A program made the translations under genes and the position numbers. DNA of 24,000 bases from Chloroflexota bacterium (lineage in GTDB: Bacteria; Chloroflexota; Dehalococcoidia; DSTF01; JACRBR01), in assembly GCA_025355835.1 (NCBI GenBank), contig JANXYW010000301.1, forward strand, positions 1 to 24,000, given 5' to 3'. Positions 23,801 to 24,000 of the stretch are shown here, one piece after another (the stretch's first letter is position 1; each line of letters starts with the position of its first letter). The notes beneath the pieces are model-generated. The model was not told where the DNA came from. It saw nothing but the letters and a program-made list of their open reading frames with translations, and did no database searches.

Positions 23801-24000
23801 ATGATCCGAGCAGGAATCCTCACCGTCAGCGATGCTGGCAGCCGCGGCGAGCGCGAAGACACGAGCGGCGCGGCCATTCGCGAACTCCTCGTGGGAGTCG
23901 GTGGGGAAGTCGGGCGCTACGAGATCGTCCCCGACGAACGCGACGTCATCGCCGCGAAGCTACGCGACTGGTGCGACGGCGGCGGCATCGACCTTATCCT
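23801..24000 (+). CDS. mog: MogA/MoaB-family molybdenum cofactor biosynthesis protein (5' partial, runs off the window)
   Basis: My translation from ATG 23801 is MIRAGILTVSDAGSRGEREDTSGAAIRELL...VPDERDVIAAKLRDWCDGGGIDLIL. This matches the characteristic LTVSD..S.GEREDxSG N-terminus. It is open to the window end and absent from the ORF track because no stop is reached. Confidence 0.8.
   Translation, partial: MIRAGILTVSDAGSRGEREDTSGAAIRELLVGVGGEVGRYEIVPDERDVIAAKLRDWCDGGGIDLI

Overview
GC-rich bacterial chromosome segment (roughly two-thirds G+C by eye); almost all genes are on the minus strand. Positions ~6.6-23.7 kb hold a complete division/cell-wall (dcw) cluster: mraZ-rsmH-ftsL-ftsI-murF-mraY-murD-ftsW-murG-murC-murB-ddl-ftsQ-ftsA-ftsZ. 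It has a clear sigma70-type promoter overlapped by phased MraZ-type repeats. murE is missing from its usual ftsI/murF slot. From murF to ftsQ the genes are chained by 1-, 4- or 8/14-nt stop/start overlaps, broken only by a 50-nt mraY-murD gap. Positions ~0.5-5.8 kb hold a second minus-strand unit. It starts with a TTGACA-17-TAATCT promoter carrying two NrdR-box-like palindromes. It then encodes nrdR, four small unrecognised ORFs with host-like codon usage, the class II (B12-dependent) ribonucleotide reductase nrdJ, and a Lys/Ala-repeat histone H1-like protein. Between the two units lies an ~880-bp ORF-poor, hairpin-dense, lower-GC region (5.86-6.60 kb). Its plus strand carries a partial match to the cobalamin-riboswitch core; this call is tentative. 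A partial mog/moaB-like gene starts divergently at 23801 (+). I saw no mobile elements, CRISPR arrays, tRNAs or rRNAs. The most interesting items are the four unknown ORFs inside the nrdR-nrdJ operon, the orphan riboswitch-like region, an in-frame 85-codon extension upstream of the canonical FtsZ start, and a 7-bp microsatellite just upstream of it. All calls rest on reading the sequence and ORF track by eye and on motif recall; no searches were run.
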